This document shows, one piece after another, positions 9,652 to 21,577 of a DNA stretch of 64,000 nt. The stretch covers positions 99,162-163,161 of the forward strand of contig CAVRVC010000007.1 in assembly GCA_963724545.1 (NCBI GenBank), given 5' to 3'. The position numbers and the translations under genes are program-made. Source of the stretch: an uncultured beta proteobacterium (lineage in GTDB: Bacteria; Pseudomonadota; Gammaproteobacteria; Burkholderiales; Casimicrobiaceae). Below the pieces are notes generated by a model that was not told the origin of the DNA, searched no databases, and saw nothing but the letters and a program-made list of their open reading frames with translations. Each line of letters opens with the position of its first letter. Within the stretch, counting starts at the first letter, position 1.

Positions 9652-10353
9652 GTGAAGCATCCGCTCCAGCAGGCCGAATTCGTGGCGGGTGTCGCGAGCG
9701 ACGACCAGCTGCCGCCGCCTACCTCGCCCGAGATCGCGTTCGCCGGCCGTTCCAACGCCGGAAAATCGAGCGCGATCAATGCGCTCGCCAACCGGACGCG
9801 CCTCGCTTTCACCAGCAAGACGCCCGGCCGCACGCAGCAGATCAATTTCTTCCGGTTGCGCGGCGGGGCGTTCGTGGCCGACCTGCCGGGCTACGGCTAC
9901 GCCGCCGTGCCCCAGCCGCTGAAGCGGCACTGGCAATCGTTTCTCGCGCGCTATCTCGCCACCCGCCAGTCGCTCGTCGGGCTCGTCCTGGTCGTCGACG
10001 CGCGCCACGGGATCGGCGAGCTCGACGTTGCCTTGCTGTCCGGTTATCTGACCAGCGGACGGCCCGTCCTTCTCCTTGCTACCAAGATGGACAAATTCGC
10101 GGCGGCGGCGCAACGCGATGCGAAGCGCGGGATCGAGCGGGATGTCGCCGCGGCCTTTCCGCTGCATGCGGCGCAGGTGACGATCGTGCCGTTCTCGGCG
10201 ACGCGCCGCCTCGGGATCGAGACGGCGGAGGCATTGCTCGCGAACTGGCTGGGCGAATCGGAATCCGGCGGAACGCGGCAGGCAGGCGCCGGCCGCAAAG
10301 AAAAGGCCTCGCGTCCAAGGGGAATGGCGCGAGGCCCGAAATACCCTCGATAG
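9652..10353 (+). CDS. engB: ribosome-biogenesis GTPase YihA/EngB
   Basis: GTG at 9652 preceded by ggagg. EIAFAGRSNAGKSSAINAL (G1), DLPGYGYA (G3), LATKMDK (G4). Confidence 0.88.
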   Translation: MKHPLQQAEFVAGVASDDQLPPPTSPEIAFAGRSNAGKSSAINALANRTRLAFTSKTPGRTQQINFFRLRGGAFVADLPGYGYAAVPQPLKRHWQSFLARYLATRQSLVGLVLVVDARHGIGELDVALLSGYLTSGRPVLLLATKMDKFAAAAQRDAKRGIERDVAAAFPLHAAQVTIVPFSATRRLGIETAEALLANWLGESESGGTRQAGAGRKEKASRPRGMARGPKYPR

Positions 10354-10420
10354 GATTGATCACGACCGAGGGCACCCGCTCAGGGAGGGAAGCGGGAGAC
10401 GTTGCCGTCTGCCGTGGTAG

Positions 10421-12058
<1,638 letters not shown>

Positions 12059-12071
12059 CGAAGGCTCCGTC

Positions 12072-14384
12072 CTAGAAGAGCTGGTCGCGAATGTCCTTGC
12101 CGGACTTGCCGGGAACGAAGCTGTCGTCCCGGCGGCGCGGCGGAAACTCGGCGAGGAAGTACTCGGTGATGCCGCCGACGTCGTCGCGCAGGCCGGTTTC
12201 GGCATTGATCGTGAGCGCGAGGATGCCTTCGGGCATCGGGCGGTTGGCCACGGGCGCACCCTTCAGAGCTTTCGCCATGTACGAGATCCAGATCGGCAGC
12301 GCCGCGGCCGCCCCCGTCTCGTTGGCGCCGAGCGTCCTCGGCTGATCGAAGCCGATCCAGGCCACCGCGACCAGGTCCCCGTTGTAGCCGCAGAACCACG
12401 CGTCCACGTTCTCGTTGGTCGTGCCGGTCTTGCCGGCGAGGTCGTTGCGGTTGAGCGACAGCGCGCGCGTCGCGGTGCCGACGCGCACGACGTCCTTCAG
12501 TAACGACGTCATGATCCACGCGTTGCGCGGGTCGATCGCGCGCTCGGCCGTGCCGCCCGCCTCGACGGGCTTGGCCTCGGAGAGCACGTTGCCCCTGGCA
12601 TCGATGATCCGGCTGATGAGATAGGGCGCGATCCGGTACCCGCCATTGGCGAAGACCGAATAGGCCGTCACCATCTGCATCGGCGTCGCCGAACCCGCGC
12701 CGAGGCCCATCGTCAGGTACGGCGGGTGGAGTTTCGGGTCGAAGCCGAAGCGGCTGATGTAGTCCTGCGCGTACTGCGGCCCGATCGCCTGCAGCACGCG
12801 GACGGTGACCAGGTTCTTGGACTTGGCGAGGGCGGCGCGGATGCGCATCGGCCCCTCGAACTTGCCGTCGTAGTTCTTGGGCTCCCAGTCTTCGCTGCCG
12901 GTCTGCGCGGCGGGGACGAAGAACGGGGCGTCGTTGACGATGGTCGCGGGGGTGAATCCCTTCTCCAGTGCCGCCGAGTAGATGAACGGCTTGAACGCCG
13001 AGCCGGGCTGGCGCTGCGCCTGCGTCGCGTGGTTGAACTTGTTGCGCTCGAAGCTCCAGCCGCCGACGAGCGACAGGATGGCGCCGTCCTGCGGCCGCAC
13101 GGAGACGAACGCGGATTCCGCCTGCGGCAGCTGCGTGATCTCCCACCGTCCCTTGGCGTCCCGCCCGAGGCGGATGACCGCGCCCGCCCGGATCCGGCTC
13201 GTGGCGGGCGCCTTGTCGGTGAGGGCCCGGGCCGCGAACTTGAGGCCGTCGCCGGTGATTTCCGCAACCTCGCCGTCGGCGAGCACGGCCTTCACCTCGG
13301 TCGCCGAGGCGCCCGTGACGACCGCAGGGACGAGAGCGTCGCCGTCGTTCGTCTCGGCGAAGAGATGCTCCAGCGCCGCGTCGCGCTCCGCGGCGTCCTC
13401 GGGAAGACGAATATAGGTCTCCGGCCCCCGGTAGCCATGTCGGTGGTCATACTCGATCACGCCTCGCCGCACCGCAGCATAGGCCGCCTCCTGGTCGGCC
13501 TTGCGGATTGTCGTCTGCACGGTCAGGCCCTTCGTGTAGGCATCCTCGCCGTAGGCGTCGAACACGACCTGCCGGGCCATTTCGGCGACGAACTCGCCGT
13601 GGGTGGGCAGCGCTTCCCGCAGGCCCTGCCGGACCGCCAGCGGCGCCGTTTGTGCGTCGCGGAATTGCTCGGGACTGATGTACTTCAGATCGTGCATTCG
13701 CTTAAGTACATACAATTGGCGGCTTTTGGCACGTTTGGGATTGCTGACCGGGTTGTAGGCCGACGGGGCTTTAGGCAAGCCGGCGAGCATCGCCGCCTCG
13801 GCCGGCGTGAGATCCCTGAGTGCCTTGCCGAAGTAGATCTGGGACGCCGCCGCGAACCCGTAGGCCCGCTGGCCGAGGAAGATCTGGTTGACGTAGAGCT
13901 CGAGGATCTCGTCCTTGGAGAGGTTGGCCTCGATCTTCCAGGCGAGGAGCACCTCGCGCAGTTTCCGGGTGATGGTCTTCTCGCGCGTGAGGAAGAAGTT
14001 GCGGGCGACCTGCATCGTGATCGTCCCGGCCCCCTGCTGCGTCCCCGAGGCGAGGTTGGTCGCGGCGGCGCGCATTACGCTGATGTAGTCCACCCCACCG
14101 TGCGAGTAGAACCGCTCGTCCTCCGCCGCCAGGATGGCGTTTATCATCACGTCCGGCACGTCGCGGATCGCGACGACCGCGCGCCGCTCCTCGCCGAACT
14201 CACCCAGGATGTCACCTTCCGCTGACACTACCCGCAACGGAATCTTGGGGTGGTAGTCGGTCAGGCTTTCGAGCGACGGAAGCGTCGGATAAAGTAGCGC
14301 CAGCACGAACGCCCCGAGCAGGCCCCCGACGAGGGAAAGGCCCAGGAGGACGGACGCGACGTAGAGCAGCCACCGCCTTAGCAT
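12072..14384 (-). CDS. mrcA: penicillin-binding protein 1A (bifunctional transglycosylase/transpeptidase)
   Basis: ATG at 14384. N-terminal TM segment. Motifs: AAEDERFYSHGGVD, GAGTITMQVARN, RKLREVLLA, SAFKPF (SxxK), KTGTTN. Confidence 0.93.
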   Translation of the reverse strand: MLRRWLLYVASVLLGLSLVGGLLGAFVLALLYPTLPSLESLTDYHPKIPLRVVSAEGDILGEFGEERRAVVAIRDVPDVMINAILAAEDERFYSHGGVDYISVMRAAATNLASGTQQGAGTITMQVARNFFLTREKTITRKLREVLLAWKIEANLSKDEILELYVNQIFLGQRAYGFAAASQIYFGKALRDLTPAEAAMLAGLPKAPSAYNPVSNPKRAKSRQLYVLKRMHDLKYISPEQFRDAQTAPLAVRQGLREALPTHGEFVAEMARQVVFDAYGEDAYTKGLTVQTTIRKADQEAAYAAVRRGVIEYDHRHGYRGPETYIRLPEDAAERDAALEHLFAETNDGDALVPAVVTGASATEVKAVLADGEVAEITGDGLKFAARALTDKAPATSRIRAGAVIRLGRDAKGRWEITQLPQAESAFVSVRPQDGAILSLVGGWSFERNKFNHATQAQRQPGSAFKPFIYSAALEKGFTPATIVNDAPFFVPAAQTGSEDWEPKNYDGKFEGPMRIRAALAKSKNLVTVRVLQAIGPQYAQDYISRFGFDPKLHPPYLTMGLGAGSATPMQMVTAYSVFANGGYRIAPYLISRIIDARGNVLSEAKPVEAGGTAERAIDPRNAWIMTSLLKDVVRVGTATRALSLNRNDLAGKTGTTNENVDAWFCGYNGDLVAVAWIGFDQPRTLGANETGAAAALPIWISYMAKALKGAPVANRPMPEGILALTINAETGLRDDVGGITEYFLAEFPPRRRDDSFVPGKSGKDIRDQLF

Positions 14385-14547
14385 GGGGGAATATAACTTA
14401 CCCGTTGGGAGGGGTGAATCGGGGATTATAGGCGGGCTTACAACAAAGGTATGCCCGGAAGGAAAACAATTTGACAACCTTCATACTTGCTGCCAATCTT
14501 TAATGTAGATTATCAGCATTGGCCGTAGCGCTGGCCCCAAGGCAGCC

Positions 14548-15639
14548 ATGCTCGCAGATAAACTCAATTCCGTCCTGGACGCGTTCAAGACGAAGTATCC
14601 GGCGCTGATCGGCGTCGATATCAGTTCGACCGCGATCAAGCTGGTCGAGCTCGCCGAAGCGGGCAAGGGCGCCTACCGCCTCGAGCGCTACGCCATCGAG
14701 CCTCTGGTGCGAGACGTCGTCACCGACGGCAACATCGCCAACCTCGATCTCGTGTCCGACGCGCTCAAGCGGGCCCACAAGCGGCTCGGCAGCCGGCACA
14801 AGAACGTCGCGCTCGCCCTGCCGGCCGCGATGGTGATCACCAAGAAGATCATCGTTCCCTCCGGCCAGCGGGAGGAAGAGCTCGAGCTCATGGTCGAGGC
14901 GGAAGCCAACCAGTACATCCCGTTCGCGCTCGACGAGGTCAACCTCGACTTCCAGACGATCGGCCCCGCGCCGAACAATCCCGAGGAGTCCGAGGTGCTG
15001 ATCGCGGCCTCCCGCAAGGAGAAGGTCGAGGACCGGGTCGCGGCGGCCGAGGCGGCGGGCCTCAAGCCACGGGTAATGGACGTCGAGTCCTACGCGATGC
15101 AGCAGGCGTTCGAGCTCATCTCCCCGACGCTGCCCGCCAGCGGGCGCGACCAGAACATCGCCCTGGTCGACATCGGCGCCCACGTGACGCACTTCTACGT
15201 GCTGCGCAACAACCAGTTTCTGTTCTCCCGAGACCAGGCTTTCGGCGGCAACCAGCTGACGCACGACGTCCAGCGGGCGTTCAACCTGACGCCCGACGAG
15301 GCCGAGTCCGCCAAGAAAAGCCAGGGACTCCCGGAGAACTACGACACCGACGTGCTGCAACCGTTCATGGAAACGCTGGCCCTCGAGGTCACGCGGGCGC
15401 TCCAGTTCTTCTTCACGTCGACGTCCTACAACCAGGTCGACCAGATCGTGCTGGCGGGCGGCTGCGCGCTCCTGCCCGGCATCGACGAGCTCGTCGCGAA
15501 GCGGGCCGGGGTTACGACGGTCATCGCCAACCCGTTCGCCAACATGGCGACCTCCGATCGCATCCGCCCGCGGCAGCTCGCGCAGGATGCCCCGCTCCTG
15601 ATGATCGCCTGCGGCCTCGCGCTGCGGAGCTTCGAATGA
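14548..15639 (+). CDS. pilM: type IV pilus assembly protein PilM
   Basis: Actin-like ATPase fold pattern: IGVDISSTAIKLVEL...VDIGAHVTHFYVL...LAGGCALLPGI. First gene of the pilMNOPQ array. Confidence 0.92.
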   Translation: MLADKLNSVLDAFKTKYPALIGVDISSTAIKLVELAEAGKGAYRLERYAIEPLVRDVVTDGNIANLDLVSDALKRAHKRLGSRHKNVALALPAAMVITKKIIVPSGQREEELELMVEAEANQYIPFALDEVNLDFQTIGPAPNNPEESEVLIAASRKEKVEDRVAAAEAAGLKPRVMDVESYAMQQAFELISPTLPASGRDQNIALVDIGAHVTHFYVLRNNQFLFSRDQAFGGNQLTHDVQRAFNLTPDEAESAKKSQGLPENYDTDVLQPFMETLALEVTRALQFFFTSTSYNQVDQIVLAGGCALLPGIDELVAKRAGVTTVIANPFANMATSDRIRPRQLAQDAPLLMIACGLALRSFE

Positions 15640-16298
15640 TCCGCATCAACCTGCTGCCGCACCGCGAGCAGAAGCGGCAGGCTCGCCAGCGGCAGTTCGT
15701 TTCGCTGTCGATCGGCCTCAGCATCCTCGGCCTCGCGCTGGTCGCGCTGGGCTGGGTGATCCTCGGAGCCCAGATCGAGATCCAGGAAAGTCGGAACAAC
15801 CTCCTCAAGGCCGAAATCGGGAAGCTCGACGAGCAGATCAAGGAGATCGACAAGCTGCGGGAGCAGACGCAGGCGCTGCTCGCCCGGAAGCAGGTGGTCG
15901 AGACGTTGCAGTCGAACCGGACCGAAGCCGTGCACGTGCTCGACCAGATGGTGCGCCAGCTGCCGGACGGCATCTACCTGAAATCGCTGAAGCAGACGGG
16001 GCCCAAGATTCAGCTGGTGGGTTACGCGCAGTCGAGCGCGCGGGTTTCTACCCTGATGCGCAACATCGACTCGTCTCCATGGCTCACGTCGCCGGAGCTG
16101 GTCGAGATCAAGTCGGTCCAGTCGCCGGTCGCAAAGGACCTGCGGGTCAACGAGTTCACGCTCAACGTCCAGATCAAGCGGGTCGCGCCGCCCGACGAGA
16201 CCAAGGCAGCAGCTCCGGCCGCCCGAGCCGCTCCGGCGCCCGCTCCCACCGCGCCGGCGGCCCCGCCCGGCAAAGCCAAAAGCCCGAAAGACACATGA
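15636..16298 (+). CDS. pilN: type IV pilus assembly protein PilN
   Basis: MIRINLLPHREQKRQARQRQF followed by a TM helix. ATGA overlap with pilM. Confidence 0.9.
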   Translation: MIRINLLPHREQKRQARQRQFVSLSIGLSILGLALVALGWVILGAQIEIQESRNNLLKAEIGKLDEQIKEIDKLREQTQALLARKQVVETLQSNRTEAVHVLDQMVRQLPDGIYLKSLKQTGPKIQLVGYAQSSARVSTLMRNIDSSPWLTSPELVEIKSVQSPVAKDLRVNEFTLNVQIKRVAPPDETKAAAPAARAAPAPAPTAPAAPPGKAKSPKDT

Positions 16299-16927
16299 CG
16301 CTCGACGAAATCCGCCGGCTGAACATCAAGGAGGTCGGCAACTGGCCCGCCCTGCCCAGGGCGGCGCTGCTTTTTTTCCTCCTGATCGTGATCGTCGCGG
16401 CCGGTGGCGCGCTCGTCTGGAAGGACCAGTACGACGCGCTCGACCGCTCGCAGCAGGAGGAGGTCAAGCTCAAGGAGCAATACGCCACCAAGAAGGCCAA
16501 GGCGATCAACTACGACATCTACGTGCAGCAGCTGAAGGAGATCGAGCAGTCGTTCGGCGCGCTCCTGAAGCAGCTCCCCAACAAGGCGGAGATGGACGCG
16601 CTTCTCACGGACATCAACCAGGCGGGCCTCGGCCGCGGCCTGCAGTTCGAGCTGTTCAAGCCGGCCGCTCAGGAACGGATGGCCGACTTCTACGCCGAGC
16701 TGCCGATCTCCGTGAAGATCACCGGCAACTACCATGACATGGGCGCTTTCGCGAGTGACGTCGCGCAGCTGCCGCGGATCGTCACGCTGAACGACGTCGT
16801 GATCACCAACGACAAGGGCGTGCTGACGCTCGATGCCGTCGCCAAGACGTTCCGGTACCTGGACGAGGAAGAGCTCAGCAAGCAACGCAAGGCGGCCAAG
16901 GACGCCAAGGACAAGGCGAAGAAATGA
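16295..16927 (+). CDS. pilO: type IV pilus assembly protein PilO
   Basis: ORF 16079..16927 trimmed to the ATG at 16295 (ATGA overlap with pilN). TM helix and coiled coil: LPNKAEMDALLTDINQAG...ITGNYHDMGAFASDVAQLPRIVTLND. Confidence 0.9.
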   Translation: MTLDEIRRLNIKEVGNWPALPRAALLFFLLIVIVAAGGALVWKDQYDALDRSQQEEVKLKEQYATKKAKAINYDIYVQQLKEIEQSFGALLKQLPNKAEMDALLTDINQAGLGRGLQFELFKPAAQERMADFYAELPISVKITGNYHDMGAFASDVAQLPRIVTLNDVVITNDKGVLTLDAVAKTFRYLDEEELSKQRKAAKDAKDKAKK

Positions 16928-17460
16928 GGCGCTGGGTTGCCTTGTCGCTGGGTGCGTGCGTGCTGCTCGCGGGTTGCGGGGGCGAGAGCCACCAGGATCT
17001 TCGCGCATGGATGGCCGACCAGGGCAAGGGCGCGCGGGGCAGGGTCGATCCGCTGCCGCAGATCAAGCCGTACGAGCCGTTCGCGTACAACGCTTTCGAC
17101 CTTCCGGACCCCTTCAAGCCGCGCAAGATCGAGCCCACCAAGGGCGGCAGCAAGCTCGCGCCCGACCTCACGCGTCGCCGCGAGCCGCTGGAGGCCTACC
17201 CGCTGGAGTCGCTGAACATGGTGGGAACGCTGGCGCAGGGCAAGACGACGTACGCGCTGGTGCGCACGCCCGACAAGGACGTGTATCAGGTGACCACCGG
17301 CAATTACCTCGGGCAGAACTTCGGCGTGATCCTCGGCATCAACGAGAGCGAGATCCGCCTGAAGGAGCTCGTGCAGGACGGCAGCGGCGATTGGACCGAG
17401 CGGACAGGGACGCTGCAGCTGATCCAGGCGGACACGAAGACACAGGAGCGAAAAAAATGA
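16924..17460 (+). CDS. pilP: type IV pilus assembly lipoprotein PilP
   Basis: Lipobox LLAGCGG. PLESLNMVGTLAQGKTTYALVRTPDKDVYQV. ATGA overlaps on both sides. Confidence 0.9.
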   Translation: MRRWVALSLGACVLLAGCGGESHQDLRAWMADQGKGARGRVDPLPQIKPYEPFAYNAFDLPDPFKPRKIEPTKGGSKLAPDLTRRREPLEAYPLESLNMVGTLAQGKTTYALVRTPDKDVYQVTTGNYLGQNFGVILGINESEIRLKELVQDGSGDWTERTGTLQLIQADTKTQERKK

Positions 17461-19712
17461 GCGCGTTCGTTTTCCTTGACAACGTCGTGACCGGGGCGCG
17501 AACGGCCCGCGGTGCGCGCGCGTGGCTCTTGGCCCTGTTGACGCTTCTGGGTTCCGGCGTGGCGTACGCGCAGACGGCCAACAGCATCGATTCGATGACG
17601 GTGTCGAGGGGGACTTCCGGGCGGACGATCGTCAAGTTCACGCTGAAGAATCCTCCTGCCAATCCGCCGGCGGGCTTCGCCATCGCGACGCCGCCGCGGA
17701 TCGCCCTCGACTTCATGGACACCGTCAACGGCCTCGGCACCAACCAGAAGGCCGTCGAGGACGTCGCGCTGCGTAGCGTCAATGTGGTCCAGGCGGGCAG
17801 CCGGACGCGCGTCGTGTTCAATCTCAACCGGCCGCAGACGTTCGAAACGCAGGTGGAGGGCAACGCAGTGCTGGTGACGCTGTTCGACCAGAGCGACCAG
17901 CTCGACGCCAAGCAGCAGACGGTTCAGCGGTTCGCGGAAGCGCGCCCCGCCGACACGCAGCACGCGTTGCGCGACGTCGATTTCCGCCGCGGCCCGAACG
18001 GCGAGGGGCGGATCGTCATCGACCTGTCGGACGCCGCGACCGGCATCGACATCCGGCAACAGGGCAAGGCGCTGATCGTCGACTTCATCAAGACGTCGCT
18101 GCCGAAGAATCTCGAGCGCCGCCTCGACGTGCAGGATTTCGGCACGCCGATCGTGACGGTCGACACGTTCACCCAGGGCTCGAACACTCGGATGATCGTC
18201 GAGCCCAAGGGACTGTGGGAGCACTCGGCGTATCAGACGGACAATCGGTTCATCCTCGAGGTCAAGCCGGTGGTCGAGGACCCGAACAAGCTCGTGCAGG
18301 GCACGCGCCAGGGTTACAAAGGCGACAAGCTGTCGCTCAACTTCCAGAACGTCGAGGTCCGGGCGGTGCTGCAGGTCATCGCCGATTTCACCGGCCTCAA
18401 CATCATCACCAGCGACTCGGTGACCGGCAGCCTTACGCTGCGCCTCAAGGACATCCCGTGGGACCAGGCGCTCGACATCATCATGCAGACGAAGGGCCTC
18501 GACATGCGCAAGAACGGCAATGTCGTGCTGATCGCTCCGCGCGAGGAGCTCGCCCTCAAGGAGAAGCAGCAGCTCGAGGCCCAGAAGGACATCAGCGAGC
18601 TCGAGCCGCTCGTGTCCGAGGCGTTCCAGTTGAACTACATCCGGGCGCAGGACCTTCTCAACCTGATCACGACCAACCGCCAGCAGCAATTCGGCGCTGG
18701 GGCGGGCCAGACCGCGACGACCGGCGGCCAGGGTTCGTTCATCTCGAAGCGCGGGGTCGCCATGGTTGACCCGCGGTCGAACATCCTGTTCGTGCAGGAC
18801 ATCCCGTCGAATCTCGAGGAGATCCGGAAGATCATCCGCCAGATCGACACGGCGATCCGCCAGGTGGTGATCGAGGCGCGTATCGTGATCGCGAGCGACA
18901 AGTTCGGCCGGCAACTGGGCGTGCGCTTCGGCGCGCAGACCGGGTTCCGGATCAACAACAAATACGCCGTGGGACAGGGTGGCAGTCTCAGCACGCAGCC
19001 GGTCGTCGCGACCCCGGGACCGAACGCGACACGCGACACCCGCACCCAGACTCCCTACGAGCTCGCGTCCGGAATCACGTATGCCGGCTACTCGGATTCA
19101 CCGCAGCTCAACGTCAATCTGCCGGTGTTGAACGCCGCGGGCAGCCTCGCGCTCACGTTGATCAACCTCGGCAGCGGCAACCTCATCAACCTCGAGCTGT
19201 CGGCGCTGGAATCCGATAACCGAGGCAAGGTGGTCTCGAGCCCGCGCGTGGTCACCGGCGACAACCAGAAGGCGCACATCGAGCAGGGTACGGAAATCCC
19301 CTACGTCACTCCGGGCAGCGCCAACAATCCGGCCACGGTGCAGTTCAAGAAGGCCGTGCTGAGCCTGAGCGTGACCCCGCAGATCACGCCGGACAACCGG
19401 ATCATCATGACGGTCGAGGTGCGGAAGGACTCCGTCGGTCAGATGGTCAACCTGGGCGGCGGATTCCAGGTGCCCTCGATCGACACGCGCAACGTGACCA
19501 CGCAGATTTCGGTGAACAACGGCGACACCGCGGTGATCGGCGGCATCTACGAGGAGACGGTGAACAACTCCGTCGACAAGGTGCCGTTCCTGGGCGACGT
19601 TCCGGTGCTGGGCTATCTGTTCAAGACCACCAACCGCACAAGCGAGAAGCAGGAGCTGCTCATCTTCCTCACGCCGCGCGTGATCAAGGAATCGATCAAC
19701 GCAATCAAGTGA
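17457..19712 (+). CDS. pilQ: type IV pilus secretin PilQ
   Basis: ORF 16833..19712 trimmed to the ATG at 17457. Signal peptide and AMIN-like N-terminal repeats. Secretin C-terminus: VVSSPRVVTGDNQKAHIEQG...VPFLGDVPVLGYLFK. Confidence 0.93.
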   Translation: MSAFVFLDNVVTGARTARGARAWLLALLTLLGSGVAYAQTANSIDSMTVSRGTSGRTIVKFTLKNPPANPPAGFAIATPPRIALDFMDTVNGLGTNQKAVEDVALRSVNVVQAGSRTRVVFNLNRPQTFETQVEGNAVLVTLFDQSDQLDAKQQTVQRFAEARPADTQHALRDVDFRRGPNGEGRIVIDLSDAATGIDIRQQGKALIVDFIKTSLPKNLERRLDVQDFGTPIVTVDTFTQGSNTRMIVEPKGLWEHSAYQTDNRFILEVKPVVEDPNKLVQGTRQGYKGDKLSLNFQNVEVRAVLQVIADFTGLNIITSDSVTGSLTLRLKDIPWDQALDIIMQTKGLDMRKNGNVVLIAPREELALKEKQQLEAQKDISELEPLVSEAFQLNYIRAQDLLNLITTNRQQQFGAGAGQTATTGGQGSFISKRGVAMVDPRSNILFVQDIPSNLEEIRKIIRQIDTAIRQVVIEARIVIASDKFGRQLGVRFGAQTGFRINNKYAVGQGGSLSTQPVVATPGPNATRDTRTQTPYELASGITYAGYSDSPQLNVNLPVLNAAGSLALTLINLGSGNLINLELSALESDNRGKVVSSPRVVTGDNQKAHIEQGTEIPYVTPGSANNPATVQFKKAVLSLSVTPQITPDNRIIMTVEVRKDSVGQMVNLGGGFQVPSIDTRNVTTQISVNNGDTAVIGGIYEETVNNSVDKVPFLGDVPVLGYLFKTTNRTSEKQELLIFLTPRVIKESINAIK

Positions 19713-19843
19713 TCGACGCTTCATAGCTCGCCGCGACGAATGCGGCGGCGGCGCGAACCCGGTCGTGCCCGGACGGCGCGCGGCAGCTCCGGCGCCAAGG
19801 CCGCGCGATCGTCCGGCCATGGCGAATCCTCTACAATGCGCGG

Positions 19844-20374
19844 GTGCATTTGCATCGGGGCAATCTTTACTTGGTCGGACTGCCGGGCGCCGGCAAGTCG
19901 ACGCTCGGACGGCAGCTCGCGCGGCGACTCGGCAAGACGTTCGTCGATGCGGATGCGGAGCTCGAGCGCAAGCTCGGCGTGACGATTCCGACGATCTTCG
20001 AGATCGAGGGCGAAGCGAGCTTCCGCGACCGCGAGGAGGCCGTGCTGGCCGAGCTGACCCTGCTGTCCGATGTGGTGCTCGCCACCGGCGGCGGCGTCGT
20101 AATCCGGCCCGCGAACCGTGAGCGTCTGAAGCAGAATGGTACGGTGATCTATCTGCATGCGCAGCCGGAAATGCTGCGCGAGCGCACGCGGCGAAGCAGG
20201 CACCGGCCGCTGCTCAACGCTGCGGACCCCATGGCCCGGCTCGCCGAGCTCTACGCGGTACGCGATGCGCTCTACCGGGAGGTTGCCGCGACGATCGTCG
20301 AGTCCAATCGCGACGAAATTGCGCGCTTCACGCGGCAGCTCGAGGCATCGCTCCCGGATCCGCGGCAGGCATGA
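19844..20374 (+). CDS. aroK: shikimate kinase
   Basis: [23 protein letters not shown] (Walker A), [16 protein letters not shown]. Confidence 0.9.
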   Translation: MHLHRGNLYLVGLPGAGKSTLGRQLARRLGKTFVDADAELERKLGVTIPTIFEIEGEASFRDREEAVLAELTLLSDVVLATGGGVVIRPANRERLKQNGTVIYLHAQPEMLRERTRRSRHRPLLNAADPMARLAELYAVRDALYREVAATIVESNRDEIARFTRQLEASLPDPRQA

Positions 20375-21447
20375 CGGTGCTCCGCGTCGCGCTTGGCGAG
20401 AGGAGCTACGACATCCACGTCGGCTCCGGACTCGTCGCGCGCGCCGGTGCGCTGCTATCGCCGCTCCTGCCGCAGCCGCGCGCGGTCATCGTGACCAATC
20501 CGGTCGTTGCCGCGCACTGGCTTTCGGCCTTGCGCGCGAGCCTGTCGGTGGCGGGCATCGCCAGCGAATCCATCGTCGTTCCCGACGGAGAGGCCTCGAA
20601 ATCCTGGCCTACGCTGCAGGACGTGCTGACGCGCCTCCTCGAGATCAACGCGGAGCGATCGACCACGCTCGTGGCGCTCGGTGGCGGCGTCGTCGGCGAC
20701 GTCGGCGGCTTTGCCGCCGCGATCTATCAGCGTGGAATGCCGTTCGTGCAGGTGCCGACTACGCTGCTCGCGCAGGTCGACTCCTCGGTCGGCGGCAAGA
20801 CGGGCATCAATCATGCGCTCGGCAAGAACATGATCGGCGCGTTCCACCAGCCCCGGGCGGTCGTGATCGACACCGATTGCCTGAGCACGTTGCCCGACCG
20901 CGAGCTCTGCGCGGGCCTCGCCGAGGTGATCAAGACGGCCGCGATCAGGAGCCCCGCCTTCTTCGAGTGGCTGGAGGAAAATCTGTCGCGGCTGATCGCG
21001 CGCGAGCCCGATGCGCTCGTTCATGCCGTGACCGCGAGCTGCCGGATCAAGGCGGAAATCGTCGCGGCCGACGAGCGCGAGGCCGGCGAGCGCGCGTTGC
21101 TCAATTTCGGCCATACGTTCGGCCACGCGATCGAGGCCGGCGTGGGCTACGGCGAGTGGCTGCACGGCGAAGCAGTGGCCGCCGGTATGGTGTTGGCGGC
21201 GCGTCTGTCGGAACGCCTCGGCACGATCGACCGCGCCGATGTCCTTCGCCTGCGCCGGCTGCTCGAACGTGCAGGCCTGCCGGTCGCCGCGCCACGCCTA
21301 GGGACCGACCGTTACCTCGCGCTGATGGGCCGGGACAAGAAGGTGGTGGCGGGGTCGATGCGGTTCGTGCTGCTGCGCTCGCTCGGGGAGGCTTTCATAA
21401 CCACCGACGTCCAGGAGCCGGTGCTCCGCAATTTGCTCGCGGACTAG
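20371..21447 (+). CDS. aroB: 3-dehydroquinate synthase
   Basis: [49 protein letters not shown]...[15 protein letters not shown] overlap with aroK. Confidence 0.93.
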   Translation: MTVLRVALGERSYDIHVGSGLVARAGALLSPLLPQPRAVIVTNPVVAAHWLSALRASLSVAGIASESIVVPDGEASKSWPTLQDVLTRLLEINAERSTTLVALGGGVVGDVGGFAAAIYQRGMPFVQVPTTLLAQVDSSVGGKTGINHALGKNMIGAFHQPRAVVIDTDCLSTLPDRELCAGLAEVIKTAAIRSPAFFEWLEENLSRLIAREPDALVHAVTASCRIKAEIVAADEREAGERALLNFGHTFGHAIEAGVGYGEWLHGEAVAAGMVLAARLSERLGTIDRADVLRLRRLLERAGLPVAAPRLGTDRYLALMGRDKKVVAGSMRFVLLRSLGEAFITTDVQEPVLRNLLAD

Positions 21448-21471
21448 GGCCCATAGTGTGAACGGGCCCTA
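21445..21471. terminator. hairpin between convergent aroB and the lipoprotein gene (candidate bidirectional terminator)
   Basis: tagggccc-atagtgtgaac-gggcccta: 8-bp perfect stem, 11-nt loop, beginning at the aroB stop codon. There is no clear U-tract. Confidence 0.45.
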
Positions 21472-21577
21472 AATGCGCTCCGAATCGGGACGACCTCGTC
21501 GCGGCCATCGGCGAAGACGCGATAGATGAAAACGGCGCCCGCGGGCGCCGTCTTCAATGCTGCAATCGCTCGTCGCT